Assembly: GCA_965198065.1 (NCBI GenBank)
Contig: CBDAON010000004.1
Location: forward strand, 64,001-128,000
DNA from: Longimicrobiales bacterium
Lineage (GTDB): Bacteria; Gemmatimonadota; Gemmatimonadetes; Longimicrobiales; Gaopeijiaceae
Direction: 5' to 3'
DNA length: 64,000 nucleotides
Shown: piece after piece, positions 29,629 through 39,331 of the stretch
Numbering within the stretch: the stretch's first letter is position 1
Layout of the letters: each line of letters begins with the position of its first letter
Notes under the pieces: model-generated
What the model was told of the DNA's origin: nothing
Database searches by the model: none
The model's input: the letters and a program-made list of their open reading frames with translations, nothing else
Translations under genes and position numbers: made by a program

Positions 29629-31335
29629 GGCTCCATCCGGTTCGACCACGGGAGCGCCCATCCTGCCAGGAGTGTCGCCCCGCCACCTACGCACACGACT
29701 AGCACCCCCACCACGGCGCTGAGATGAGCGCCCGAGAGCGCGCCGGCACTCTTGAGGGATCGGGCGACCAGGTAGATGGAACCCGTCGCGCCGCCCACCA
29801 TCGCGTAGAGCGTCTTCGCGGCGAGGGAGGCACCGGGCGGCACCCCACCGCCCCGCTCGAGGCCCGGCAGAAGGAATCCGAGCGAGGTCCCGAGGATGGA
29901 GAAGAGAAGGCCTGCTGCGACCGCCTCCGCCGCGAGGAGGGGGACGTCGGGCGCCGGGAGGCCCACCGCCCGCCCGCCGAGAAGCACGAGCACGACGTAC
30001 GCGACGGCGTGACTGACGCCGAAGAGGGCGGCGCCCAGGACCTTGCCCTGGAATAGCCTGGCCGGGGACACAAGAGGCCGGAGAAGCGCGATGCCCTCGC
30101 CTTCCTCCCCGAGGGAGCCGAGGGAGCGCCCAGCCGCGGTCCATCCGACTCCGAACAGAAGGGCGGCCTCGAAGGCGAGAGTGTGGCCGGGACCCGACTG
30201 CGGGCCCCCGAGTCGGGATGCCACGACCAGTCCCGCGAGCAGTGCGGCCACGGGGATCACCTGGCCCTGGAGGTAGGAGAGCGGATCCCGCCGCACGGGA
30301 AGAGCCACGTCCTTCGTCCAGAAGAGGCGAGCGATCGTGGCGCCCGCGGGCCACGCGCCACCCAGCCGCCCGAGTGCCGAGAAGGCGCTGACATAGCGGG
30401 GAACGCGGATGGCGTGCAGATCGATCGGGAGGTCGGCCAGGGCGCTCCCCCTCCACCGCCAGACGGCCCGGCCGGCCAGCGCCGCCGCCAGCGTGGCGGT
30501 CCCCCCCCAGGTAAGGGTCACCCACCACGCTCCGCGGCCGATCGAGTCGGCCACCGCCGCCGGAGCCTGAAGGAGGTAGAGCCAGCGTGGGCCCGCGAGC
30601 CCGAGAGCGGCTACCCAACGCGGCGCCTGATCGAGCAGGACCGTCGGGAGGACCACGAACAGGGGGAATGTCAGGAGGAAAGGCACGATCGTGAGCCGCT
30701 GGATGCGCCCGGCGCGCGCTCCTGCGCCGGTGCCGACAATGACGGCCCGGAGCACCGCCGCGACGAGCGCGCCGAGCGCTCCGGACCAGGCCAGAGCCGT
30801 GGTCCCGTGGCCGATCAGCGTCCAGCCGGGCGCAGGCCCCACCCCGACGAGGAGATGAAAGTGGAACAGGTAGAAAGAACGCCCAGAGATAGAGCGAGAT
30901 CAGCGCGATCGACTCCGCTACTGCGAGAGCGGCGAGGTCCGGTAGGACCCACGGGTGAGCGAGGAGGGGATCGTCATGCCGCCCGAGCACCAACCCCTTC
31001 AATAGCTGGGCCACCAGCATGACCACGAAGCACGCGGTCAACCCCACGTGCGCGAGGATCAGCGCACCCCAGCGGGAGGGCTCATCGAGGTCACCGCGCC
31101 CGAGGCCCCAGTCGCCCCGAGCAAGGTGCCAGACGGACGGCACGGCCAGGGCCCGTGACTAGTAGCATGACGCGCCCCTGGAGCGTTCCAAAGGCTTTGT
31201 CCACGAGGTCACGGGCCCCGATTCGGTACCTCCCCAGCGCGCGAGACAGAGAAACCGAGCCAGCGCGGGGTCGCCGGACGCCGGAGTCCTCCGCCAGGCG
31301 ACCCCTGCGTCGGGCCTCGGGGGCCGCCCGCTCAC
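29625..31335 (-). pseudogene. Putative ABC exporter permease (about 550 aa if repaired), frameshifts at about 31233, 31152 and 30875
   Basis: GTGA overlap with the peptide-2 stop; many TM segments across frames; FWTKD..RRDP and SLGEEGEGIALLR..P..LFQGKV motifs of ABC-2 permeases. Confidence 0.7.
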
Positions 31336-31535
31336 CGGAAGCGGGCCAGCCCCACTCTCGGCGAGGTCGCGGCGGCCAGCGTGCACGCCACCAGAGTTTT
31401 GTTCACGGTCAGAAGAAACCCCGTGACCCCGTAGAGCATGGTCGCGGCGATCGACACACCGAGCGTGACGCCGCACGTGGTCCACCCCACTCCGGCCGAG
31501 ATCCGCTCCATTTCGATTCTCCGGAGCTCGCTCAT
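31332..31535 (-). CDS. Bacteriocin/RiPP-like precursor peptide 2 (67 aa, double-glycine-type leader)
   Basis: MSELRRIEMERISAG|VGWTTCGVTLG...VACTLAAA..; L-12, E-8, M-7, I-4, AG; ATGA-coupled to peptide 1; C39 exporter in the same operon. Confidence 0.75.
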   Translation of the reverse strand: MSELRRIEMERISAGVGWTTCGVTLGVSIAATMLYGVTGFLLTVNKTLVACTLAAATSPRVGLARFR

Positions 31536-31738
31536 CGCATCCCCCCCAGGACCCGGGACCGGAATGCGGTCACGCACGAAAGGAGGCCGCCCCCGTAAGC
31601 AATGAGTGCGATCTTGCTCAGAGGATCAGGTTGTAGCGCCAGGTAGAAGGAGGAGACGATGCCGAGCCCGCAGGCGACCCCGGACCAGAAGCCGTCGCCG
31701 GCCAGACCCGTCATCTCGGGGTGTGTCAACTCCGTCAT
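31532..31738 (-). CDS. Bacteriocin/RiPP-like precursor peptide 1 (68 aa, double-glycine-type leader)
   Basis: Strong RBS AGAAGGAGG; MTELTHPEMTGLAGD|GFWSGVACGLG...LLSCVTAF..; leader aligns with that of peptide 2. Confidence 0.78.
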   Translation of the reverse strand: MTELTHPEMTGLAGDGFWSGVACGLGIVSSFYLALQPDPLSKIALIAYGGGLLSCVTAFRSRVLGGMR

Positions 31739-32124
31739 GGTTTGCCCTCCTTCTCACGGATCCCGAGCTAGGTACTCGAAGGAGCGGGGTCCGACGCTCC
31801 CCCGGGTGCGCTCCGGGCCCACCGGAACGCGCCCGAAGGATTCATGGCGTCGGGGTGCCCGACCATGGCCGGATCGGCCTTCGGTGTACCGACCGAGGAG
31901 TGGAGGTCGAGCGGGGGGCGATGCGGGAACGGGGGTGGCGTCGTGCACCCGCGCCGTTGAAATTCCCTCCCGGAACTGCCCGGGCCCACGCGCGACGATG
32001 TAGAACCGAGAAGCGCTCGCCGAGGGCAATGGCAGCACCACTTCCGCGGAAAGCTCACGTCACCCGCGCGTCCAGCGCCCGACGGATACTGCCGGTTCAT
32101 CGCTTACAGTCCACCAGGGACTCG

Positions 32125-32685
32125 ATGGGGAAGGGGAAGAGCATCGTGTCGGCGGGCCTCGTCACCGGGGTCATCGTCCTGGACATCGTCACGAAGTCCT
32201 GGGCGCTGTCGGCGCTCGGCGGGGGACGCACGATCGAGTTGGTCGGGGGGTGGGTCCCGCTCACGCTAGCCTTCAACCGTGGCGCCGCGTTTGGCCTCAG
32301 CATCGGGTCCGACCCGCGCTGGATCTTCATCCCGATCACGCTCGTCGCAGTAGCGTTCCTGCTGCTCCTGATCCGCCAGGCGGGAGCTGACGAGCGCCTT
32401 CGGGTCGCTTCGGCGTCCCTCATCCTGGGTGGCGCGATCGGGAATCTCTACGACCGCCTGCGCTGGGATGGCGGCGTCGTGGACTTCATCGGCCCGATCG
32501 ATCTCGGCTTCATGCTCTGGCCGATCTTCAACGCCGCGGACTCCGCGATCACGTGCGGAGCTATTCTGCTGGCCCTGAGCTTCTGGCTAGAGGACTCGGG
32601 GCCGGAATCCGACGCGGAACCCGGCCGGAAGGGGGGAGATCCGGGGTCTGCCGCCGGAGCGACCAGGGCGGATCAGCCCGGGTAG
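32125..32685 (+). CDS. lspA: Lipoprotein signal peptidase II
   Basis: DIVTK, NRGAAFG, GGAIGNLYDR, VVDFI, FNAADSAI. Confidence 0.95.
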   Translation: MGKGKSIVSAGLVTGVIVLDIVTKSWALSALGGGRTIELVGGWVPLTLAFNRGAAFGLSIGSDPRWIFIPITLVAVAFLLLLIRQAGADERLRVASASLILGGAIGNLYDRLRWDGGVVDFIGPIDLGFMLWPIFNAADSAITCGAILLALSFWLEDSGPESDAEPGRKGGDPGSAAGATRADQPG

Positions 32686-33917
32686 CCGTCTTCCGAGACC
32701 TTCGCGAGATACCGCAGGTACTCGATCCTACGGCCCCGCATCTTCACGACACGCAGGCGGCCCTCGGCCACCGGGACCTCGTCGCTGACCTGGGGCACCC
32801 GGTTCAACGAGCCGAACACGTAACCTCCCACCGTGTCGAACGAATCCTCCGGAAGGTCCAGCCCGAGACGCTCGTTCACGTCCCGGAGCGAGACCCCACC
32901 CCAGATCCGCGTCACCCCGTCCCCCACGTCCTGGAAGGGCACCGGCTCGTCCGCCTCGTGCTCGTCTTGGATCTCCCCGACGATCTCCTCGATCAGATCC
33001 TCCAGGGTAACGATCCCGGCCGTGCCGCCGAACTCGTCCACGACGATCACCATGTTGGTGCGACGATGTCTCATCTCCAGGATCAGGTCCTCCACGGGCT
33101 TGCTGGCGGGGGCGTACGTCGGGGCCCGTAGGATCCCCCGAATCTCGCGGATGCCCTCTCGGTCCGCCTGCCACAGATCCCTGGCCAGGAGGATGCCGAC
33201 CACGCGGTCCAACGTCCCCTCGTAGACCGGAACGCGGAGATGCCCCTCGTCCAGCATCGCGGCCTTCGCACGCTCGACGCTCGACTCCACGGGAACCGCA
33301 GCCACATCCGTTCGGGGCGTCATCACTTCGCCGAGCGTGACCTGGTCCAGGTTCATCACGTTCGTGACGACCCGCCACTCCTCCTCGTCGATCGTGCCCT
33401 CCCGGCGTCCGATCTCAGCCAGGATCGCCAGCTCGGCCCGGCTGACGGTGGATTGGCGGGCCCGCCGCCGGCTGAACGTGCGTGATAAGAGTGTAAGGGG
33501 GACCACGACCGGCTTCATGGTCCAGATCATCCCCTGCAGCACGTAGCTCGACGGCGCTGCCAGCGCCTTCCAGTACGTGGCGCCGAGGGTCTTCGGGATG
33601 ATCTCGGAGAAGACGAGGATCGCGAAGGTGAGCGCAACCGAGAACACCATGATCCACTGGTTCCCGAACAGCTCCAGAGCGAGAGCGCCTCCCATGGCGG
33701 CCCCGACGGTATGGGCAATCGTGTTCAGCGTGAGGATTGCGGAGATCGGCTCGTCGATCCTCCCCTGCATTCGGTGGAGGAACTCCCCCGAGCGCCGGCC
33801 GCTCTCGCGCAGGAGGGCGACGAACGAGCGGTTTACGGAGAGAAGGACCGCCTCCAAGACCGAGCAGAGGAAGGAGACGCCGAGCGAGAGCCCGAGGACC
33901 CAGAGGAGCTGTGTCAT
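32673..33917 (-). CDS. CNNM/HlyC-CorC family protein (DUF21 + CBS pair + CorC)
   Basis: SFLCSVLEAVLLS, ILTLNTIAHT, SEIIPKT, VMTPR, VDEFGGTAGIVTLEDLIEEIVGEI. Confidence 0.92.
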   Translation of the reverse strand: MTQLLWVLGLSLGVSFLCSVLEAVLLSVNRSFVALLRESGRRSGEFLHRMQGRIDEPISAILTLNTIAHTVGAAMGGALALELFGNQWIMVFSVALTFAILVFSEIIPKTLGATYWKALAAPSSYVLQGMIWTMKPVVVPLTLLSRTFSRRRARQSTVSRAELAILAEIGRREGTIDEEEWRVVTNVMNLDQVTLGEVMTPRTDVAAVPVESSVERAKAAMLDEGHLRVPVYEGTLDRVVGILLARDLWQADREGIREIRGILRAPTYAPASKPVEDLILEMRHRRTNMVIVVDEFGGTAGIVTLEDLIEEIVGEIQDEHEADEPVPFQDVGDGVTRIWGGVSLRDVNERLGLDLPEDSFDTVGGYVFGSLNRVPQVSDEVPVAEGRLRVVKMRGRRIEYLRYLAKVSEDGYPG

Positions 33918-34030
33918 CCCACCGGATTATCGAGCGCCCCCGGGGGGTGGGACAAGGTGGAGCCAGAAGTCGGCACCGGAGGGCGCGCGAGCCCCCGACC
34001 GGCGGCGGGTACGCCCCGCGCCGACCCGGA

Positions 34031-34456
34031 TCAGGCCAGCGACGCCTCCAGATGGATCGGGACCGCGGACAGGGCTTGGGATACCGGACACCCCCGCTGG
34101 GACTCGGCGGCCAGCTCTTGGAACTGGCCCGCCTCGATGCCGGGAACGCGAGCCTCCGTCACGAGATCGACTCGGGTGATCGAGAAGCCAGCCTCACCCT
34201 TTTCGATGTGCACACGAGCTTCGGTCTTCACCGACTGAGGCACATGACCGGCGTTGGCGAGGCCGGCCGAAAGGTGCATCGAGAAGCACGCCGCATGCGC
34301 GGCGCCAATCAGCTCCTCCGGGTTCGTTCCGGTACCCGACTCGAATCTCGACGAGAACGAGTACGCGCCCTCGACCGCCCCGGTCTCCGAGCGGACAGTT
34401 CCGCTACCATCGACCAGTGCACCCTTCCACTCCGCGGATCCCTTACGAATCGGCAT
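34031..34456 (-). CDS. osmC: OsmC family peroxiredoxin
   Basis: YSFSSRFE..GTNPEELIGAAHAACFSM, GCPVSQAL. Confidence 0.92.
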   Translation of the reverse strand: MPIRKGSAEWKGALVDGSGTVRSETGAVEGAYSFSSRFESGTGTNPEELIGAAHAACFSMHLSAGLANAGHVPQSVKTEARVHIEKGEAGFSITRVDLVTEARVPGIEAGQFQELAAESQRGCPVSQALSAVPIHLEASLA

Positions 34457-34674
34457 GCGGCCTCCTGTAGCTTCGTGCGTGAGCGCTAGGGCTCGGGCCA
34501 CGCCGTACCCGGGCACCGGAGGTTCGGTCCCGATTCCGAAGAAGGGAGCCCCCGGGCACCGGCCCGGAGCCCGGCCCTCTGCTGGCGCCTGGGTGCCGCC
34601 TTCCCGAAATTCCGGCAGCCGGACGTCGGGCCCTCCCCCAGGAGTGCCTACCCAGACCCTCCGAAGGAGACCGG

Positions 34675-36569
34675 ATGGCGGAGAAGGTTCGCCGGGGAGT
34701 CGACGCGCACCCGGAGCACGCGACGAAGGATCTCCACGCGGTCTTCGACCGCACGGTGACCCAGGCGATCCCACCCGTGCTCCTCACGCTCTTCGGAGTC
34801 TACGCGATCCTCGGCGTGACGCGCCTCTTCCTGCTCTCGCCGGATTACGCGCGAGTCCTGTCCGCGACCGCGGCCCTCACGGCGATCTTCTTCCTTGCCG
34901 CGCTTCTGGCCCTCAGGCGCTGGGGGTTCCCCGAGGGCTTCGGTCACGCTGCGGGTGCTGTCATCGCAGCGGCAGCGCTCGCGAACACGCTCGTCCACCT
35001 CCAGCTCACCGGCGAGGCACGTCAGACGACCACCATCCTCCTCGTCGTCCTAGGGGCGGGGCTCATCTTCGTCGAGTGGAGCTGGTTCGCTGTCGTGGCC
35101 ACCCTGAGCTTTACGGGCTGGCTCATGGTCGTGCGGGCTCATCTCCCGGACCCCGAGTGGGTTCACTTCGGCCTCCTGCTCTTTCTCGGTACCGTGCTCG
35201 CCGCCGTGGTGCTCGGGACTCGGGCCCGAAATCTCTTGGGAGTCGAAGGGTTGCGGCTGGGCGAGCGGGTGAGGCAGATCGAGCTCGAGAGCGCCCTGAA
35301 TCAGACGGAGCGCGCGCGCCGAGGGGAGCAGGAGGCCCGCAAGGCCCTGGAGAGCGCGATCGTGCAGGTGAAGGAGAGTGAGCAACGCTTCCGGGGCCTC
35401 GCCGATGCCACGTTCGAGGGCGTAGTGATCTTCAGGAACGACTACATCGTGGACGCCAACTCTAGGGCCGCAGAGATGTTCGGGGTCGCGGTGCCTCAAC
35501 TGTTGGGAGAGCCGGTCCTGAACCTGCTTGCTTTGGACGGCTCCAAGGAGGTAGCGGCCCGAATGCTGAAAGGCCTGGAATCGCACGGTCCGGCCGGCGT
35601 GGGGCACGAGCTCGAGGGGCGGAAGTATGACGGGGGCCTGTTCCCGATCACCGTCTCCGTAGTTGAGACAGTACATCAGGGAAAGCCAGCCAAGGTGTTG
35701 GTGATACGTGATATCACGGATTACAAGCGTGTGGAGCAGGTGCTTCGCCACGCGCTCGATGAGGCCGAAGCCAGCTCGCGCGCCAAGAGCACGTTTCTGG
35801 CGAACATGAGCCACGAGCTCAGGACGCCGCTGAACTCGGTGATCGGCTTCGCGAACATCCTAATGAAGAAGGTGGGCCCCGAGCTGCCGGCCCGCGAGAC
35901 GGACTACCTGAAACGGATTCTCTCGAACGGGGAGCACCTCCTCTCCCTCATCGACGACATCCTGGACCTCTCGAAGATCGATGCGCAGCGCATGGACATC
36001 CTTCGGGAGCCGCTACAGCTAGACGAGCTCGTGGGCGAGGTCGTCCGCACGCTTGACGTCGAGGCGCGAGAGCGCGGCCTAGAGCTCCGGGGCGAGGTTC
36101 CGGGCGCGCTCCGGCCGCTGGTTGCCGACCCGCGAAGGGTGCGCCAGGTTCTCCTGAACCTGGCCAGTAACGCCGTGAAGTTCACACCGTCGGGCTCCGT
36201 CACGATCCACGTCGTGGCCGAGGATGGCTCGGATCGGCCCAGCCGGATCGAGGTCGTGGACACGGGAATTGGCATTCCTGCCACGCGTCTGAAGGAGATC
36301 TTCAGCCCCTTCCACCAGGTCGATTCGTCGAGCACCCGGAGCTTCGGGGGCACCGGGCTGGGTCTCGCGATCTCGCGGTCCCTCTGCGAGCTGATGGGAT
36401 TCCGTCTGAACGCGACCAGCCAGGAGGGGAAGGCTCGACCTTCGTGATCGAGCTCGACCCGGCGCGAACCCAGCCGAGCGCCGAGCTACCGCCCGCGCTG
36501 AACGCAGGGTCCACCTCGCAGGGTAAGCCGGCGGGCAGGGCCGGCTCGGCGGCGGAGGGGCTGGCGTAA
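34675..36569 (+). CDS. Membrane PAS-domain sensor histidine kinase; -1 frameshift at about 36431 near the C-terminus
   Basis: TM region, PAS, FLANMSHELRTPLN, NLASNAVKFT, DTGIG, GTGLGL; the expected EGKGSTF continues in another frame to TAA 36569. Confidence 0.9.
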
Positions 36570-36788
36570 CTGGGGGCCGCGGCGCGCTTGAGCCGGCGAG
36601 CGGCATCGAGTGCGGGGGTCTCCTCGGTCGTTGGCCCGAGTCGTGGTACCCTACGACTGCCCTCGCCCGATTCGGGTTGCATCGACAGGGGCTTTTGTAG
36701 AAACTTTTCCAGTTACCGCGCGTCGGATCCTCGAGCCAGGCTCCCCACCCCGACCGGCCACCGCCGGTGAGACGAGCGCCTCCAGATC

Positions 36789-37604
36789 GTGTCGAATTCC
36801 CCCTCGCGTAGCGTCCTGCACACGGGCGTGGTGATTCAGCCGATCCGCGCGATCGGAAGGGTCTCGATCGGCGTGGCCGAGCACTCTGGGCAGATGGCGC
36901 TCCTCCTGGCCCGGTCGGTCCGCGCCGTGGCCACGTTCCAGGTGTCCCTCAAGTCGGTCCTCCAGCAGGTGTACGTGATGGGGGTCCAGAGCGTCCCCAT
37001 CGTGCTAGTGACGGCAGTCCTCGCGGGGATCGTGACCAGCCAGCAGGGAGGATACCAGTTCCAGGGCTCGATCCCCCTTTACATCCTCGGGAGCATCGTG
37101 GTGGCGAGCGTCGTGCTGGAGCTGGGACCCGTGCTCACCGCCATCGTTCTGGTCGGGCGGGTCGGAGCCCGGATCACGGCGGAGCTCGGGACGATGAGGG
37201 TCTCCGAGCAGATCGAGGCGTTCGAGGCCGTGGGCAGGGACCCCATCGCGATCATCGCGGCTCCCCGGATCCTGGCGGGAATCATCATCGTCCCGCTGCT
37301 CGTGGGGATCGCCGATGTCGTAGGGATCGCGTCGGGCATGGTCTCCGCCCGAATCACGATCGGTCTGGGTTACGAGTCGTTTCTCTATGGGGCCCGGCTG
37401 TTCTGGCACAACTGGGACCTCTTCTACTCGTTCGTGAAGGCGGCCACGTTCGGGTTCGCGATTCCGGTGATCGCGATCCACATGGGGTTTCGAACGGGCG
37501 GAGGGGCGGCCGGGGTGGGCCGGACGACCACGGCTTCCGTGATGTTCATGACCCTGACGGTGCTCATCCTCGACGCCCTCTTCCCCCCGCTTTTTCTCCA
37601 GTGA
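36789..37604 (+). CDS. mlaE: MlaE family ABC permease
   Basis: ELGPVLTAIVLVGRVGARITAELGTMRVSEQIEA, GVGRTTT. Confidence 0.92.
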   Translation: MSNSPSRSVLHTGVVIQPIRAIGRVSIGVAEHSGQMALLLARSVRAVATFQVSLKSVLQQVYVMGVQSVPIVLVTAVLAGIVTSQQGGYQFQGSIPLYILGSIVVASVVLELGPVLTAIVLVGRVGARITAELGTMRVSEQIEAFEAVGRDPIAIIAAPRILAGIIIVPLLVGIADVVGIASGMVSARITIGLGYESFLYGARLFWHNWDLFYSFVKAATFGFAIPVIAIHMGFRTGGGAAGVGRTTTASVMFMTLTVLILDALFPPLFLQ

Positions 37605-38368
37605 TGATTCACTATCAGGACGTCTGGAAGGCGTTCGACGCGCCCGTCCTGGAGGGGGTGAACCTGATGGTGCGGGAGGGGGAGACGTTCGGGATCTTCG
37701 GCCCGTCGGGAGCGGGAAAGAGCGTGCTCCTGAAAAGCACCATCGGGCTCATCCCTCTGGACCGCGGCGATGTCCAGGTGGCTGGGGAATCCGCGTACCG
37801 CGGTGGGTCCCGGGCGCTCGCGCGGATCCGCAAAGAGGTGGGTTACGTGTTCCAGCACGCCGCGCTTTTCGACTCCCTCTCCGTCTACGAGAATGTGGAG
37901 ATGGGGATCCCGGAGGACGAGCTCAAACGAATGCGGAGACCGGAGGCTAGCCGCCGGATCTGGGAAGCCCTGGAGCTGGCGAACCTGGAGCCGCGAGAGG
38001 TCTTGGAGAAGCTCCCCGCGGAGCTGTCTGGGGGGATGAAGAAGCGGGCGGGGATTGCCCGGGCCATCGTCGGGCGACCTTGTATCTTGCTTTGGGACGA
38101 GCCCACGACCGGGCTCGACCCCGTGAATACTGCGGCGGTGGAGCGTCTGATCGCGCGTCTGACCGAGCAGCTCGAGGTGACGTCTGTGATGGTGACTCAC
38201 GACATCGAAGGGGGCCTGGAGATGTGCGACCGGGTCACCATGCTCGAGGGAGGGACGCTCCGCTTCGTGGGCACGCCCAACGAGTTCCGGGCCTGCGGTG
38301 ACGGCATCGTAAGGGCGTTCCTCGATCGTGCCGCGGCGGTCGCCGCGCTGAACGGGGAGGTGTACTAG
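37601..38368 (+). CDS. mlaF: MlaF family ABC ATP-binding protein
   Basis: GPSGAGKS, FQHAALFDSL, LSGGMKKR, DEPTTGLDP. Confidence 0.9.
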   Translation: MMIHYQDVWKAFDAPVLEGVNLMVREGETFGIFGPSGAGKSVLLKSTIGLIPLDRGDVQVAGESAYRGGSRALARIRKEVGYVFQHAALFDSLSVYENVEMGIPEDELKRMRRPEASRRIWEALELANLEPREVLEKLPAELSGGMKKRAGIARAIVGRPCILLWDEPTTGLDPVNTAAVERLIARLTEQLEVTSVMVTHDIEGGLEMCDRVTMLEGGTLRFVGTPNEFRACGDGIVRAFLDRAAAVAALNGEVY

Positions 38369-38371
38369 CCG

Positions 38372-39322
38372 ATGGCCCGGCCGGGAGAGACCGGGGAGCG
38401 TCGGGGTGGGGTCTCGGACGAGGAGATCCGCCTCCGCGCCCCACCCGTTGCGGGAGGGCGGGAGGTGAGGGTCGGGGTCTTCGTCCTCCTGGGCATCGCC
38501 TCCTTCCTCGCCGTCCTGTTCCTCCTCACCGATCCCGCCACCTTCCGGGGGCGATACATGGTGGCCACGGACGTCACGGATGCCGGCGGGATCCGGCGGG
38601 GCGACGCGGTCCAGATGAGGGGGGTGAACATCGGACGCGTCGACGACTTCGAGCTGGTCGGGGACGGGGTGCGGATCACGCTAGAGATCGAGGGCGAGTG
38701 GTCGGTCCCCTCGGACTCCCGGACCCGCCTCGCGGGAATCGACCTCCTGGGCGGCCGGACGGTCGAGGTGATCCCCGGGATGTCACGCGAGGCCCTGGCG
38801 GAGGGAGCGGTGATGCCCGGCGTGGCGGTGGATGGCGTGCTGGACCTGGCGTACGAGCTCGGAGCGGAGGCCCGGCAGACGCTGGACCGTGTCCGGGGGC
38901 TTCTGGACGAGGACGCGATCGCCTCGCTCCACGGGTCGCTCGCCGACCTAGGGGAGCTCATGAGCTCGATGTCCGCCCTCGTCTCCGAGCAGCGGGACGA
39001 GGTCGCCGCCCTCTCGTCCTCGCTCGTTCGGTCCGCCGAGCGCGTCGAGAACTTCACGGGAAGCGAAGGGCTCGAGCGGGGCCTCGCCCGGGCGGATTCG
39101 ACGCTCGCGGAGCTCCGGGGCGCCGGGGAGAGCCTCGCGCGCGCGACCGATTCGTTCGAAGCCGTGGTGGGGCGGATCGGCCGCGGGGAAGGCACGCTCG
39201 GGAGGCTCGCAACGGAGGAAACCCTGTACCAGAACCTGAACGCGGCCCTGGAGGAGATCCTGTTCCTGGCGAGGGATGTGAGGGAGAACCCCGACCGGTA
39301 CGTCCGGGTCGAGATATTCTAG
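38372..39322 (+). CDS. mlaD: MlaD/MCE family protein
   Basis: EVRVGVFVL TM, GIRRGDAVQMRGVNIGRV MCE domain, helical tail GEGTLGRL..LY.NL. Confidence 0.88.
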   Translation: MARPGETGERRGGVSDEEIRLRAPPVAGGREVRVGVFVLLGIASFLAVLFLLTDPATFRGRYMVATDVTDAGGIRRGDAVQMRGVNIGRVDDFELVGDGVRITLEIEGEWSVPSDSRTRLAGIDLLGGRTVEVIPGMSREALAEGAVMPGVAVDGVLDLAYELGAEARQTLDRVRGLLDEDAIASLHGSLADLGELMSSMSALVSEQRDEVAALSSSLVRSAERVENFTGSEGLERGLARADSTLAELRGAGESLARATDSFEAVVGRIGRGEGTLGRLATEETLYQNLNAALEEILFLARDVRENPDRYVRVEIF

Positions 39323-39331
39323 TCCCCACCG

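Noticed and set aside
28879..31143. 754-aa ORF suggesting a permease-ATPase fusion
   Set aside because: Artefact of frameshifts; the middle is nonsense-like, the real permease runs in another frame and stops at 29625, and the ATPase starts at TTG 29628
31754..32100. Possible third precursor peptide upstream of peptide 1
   Set aside because: ORFs there lack a leader motif, RBS and hydrophobic core; more likely the divergent promoter region
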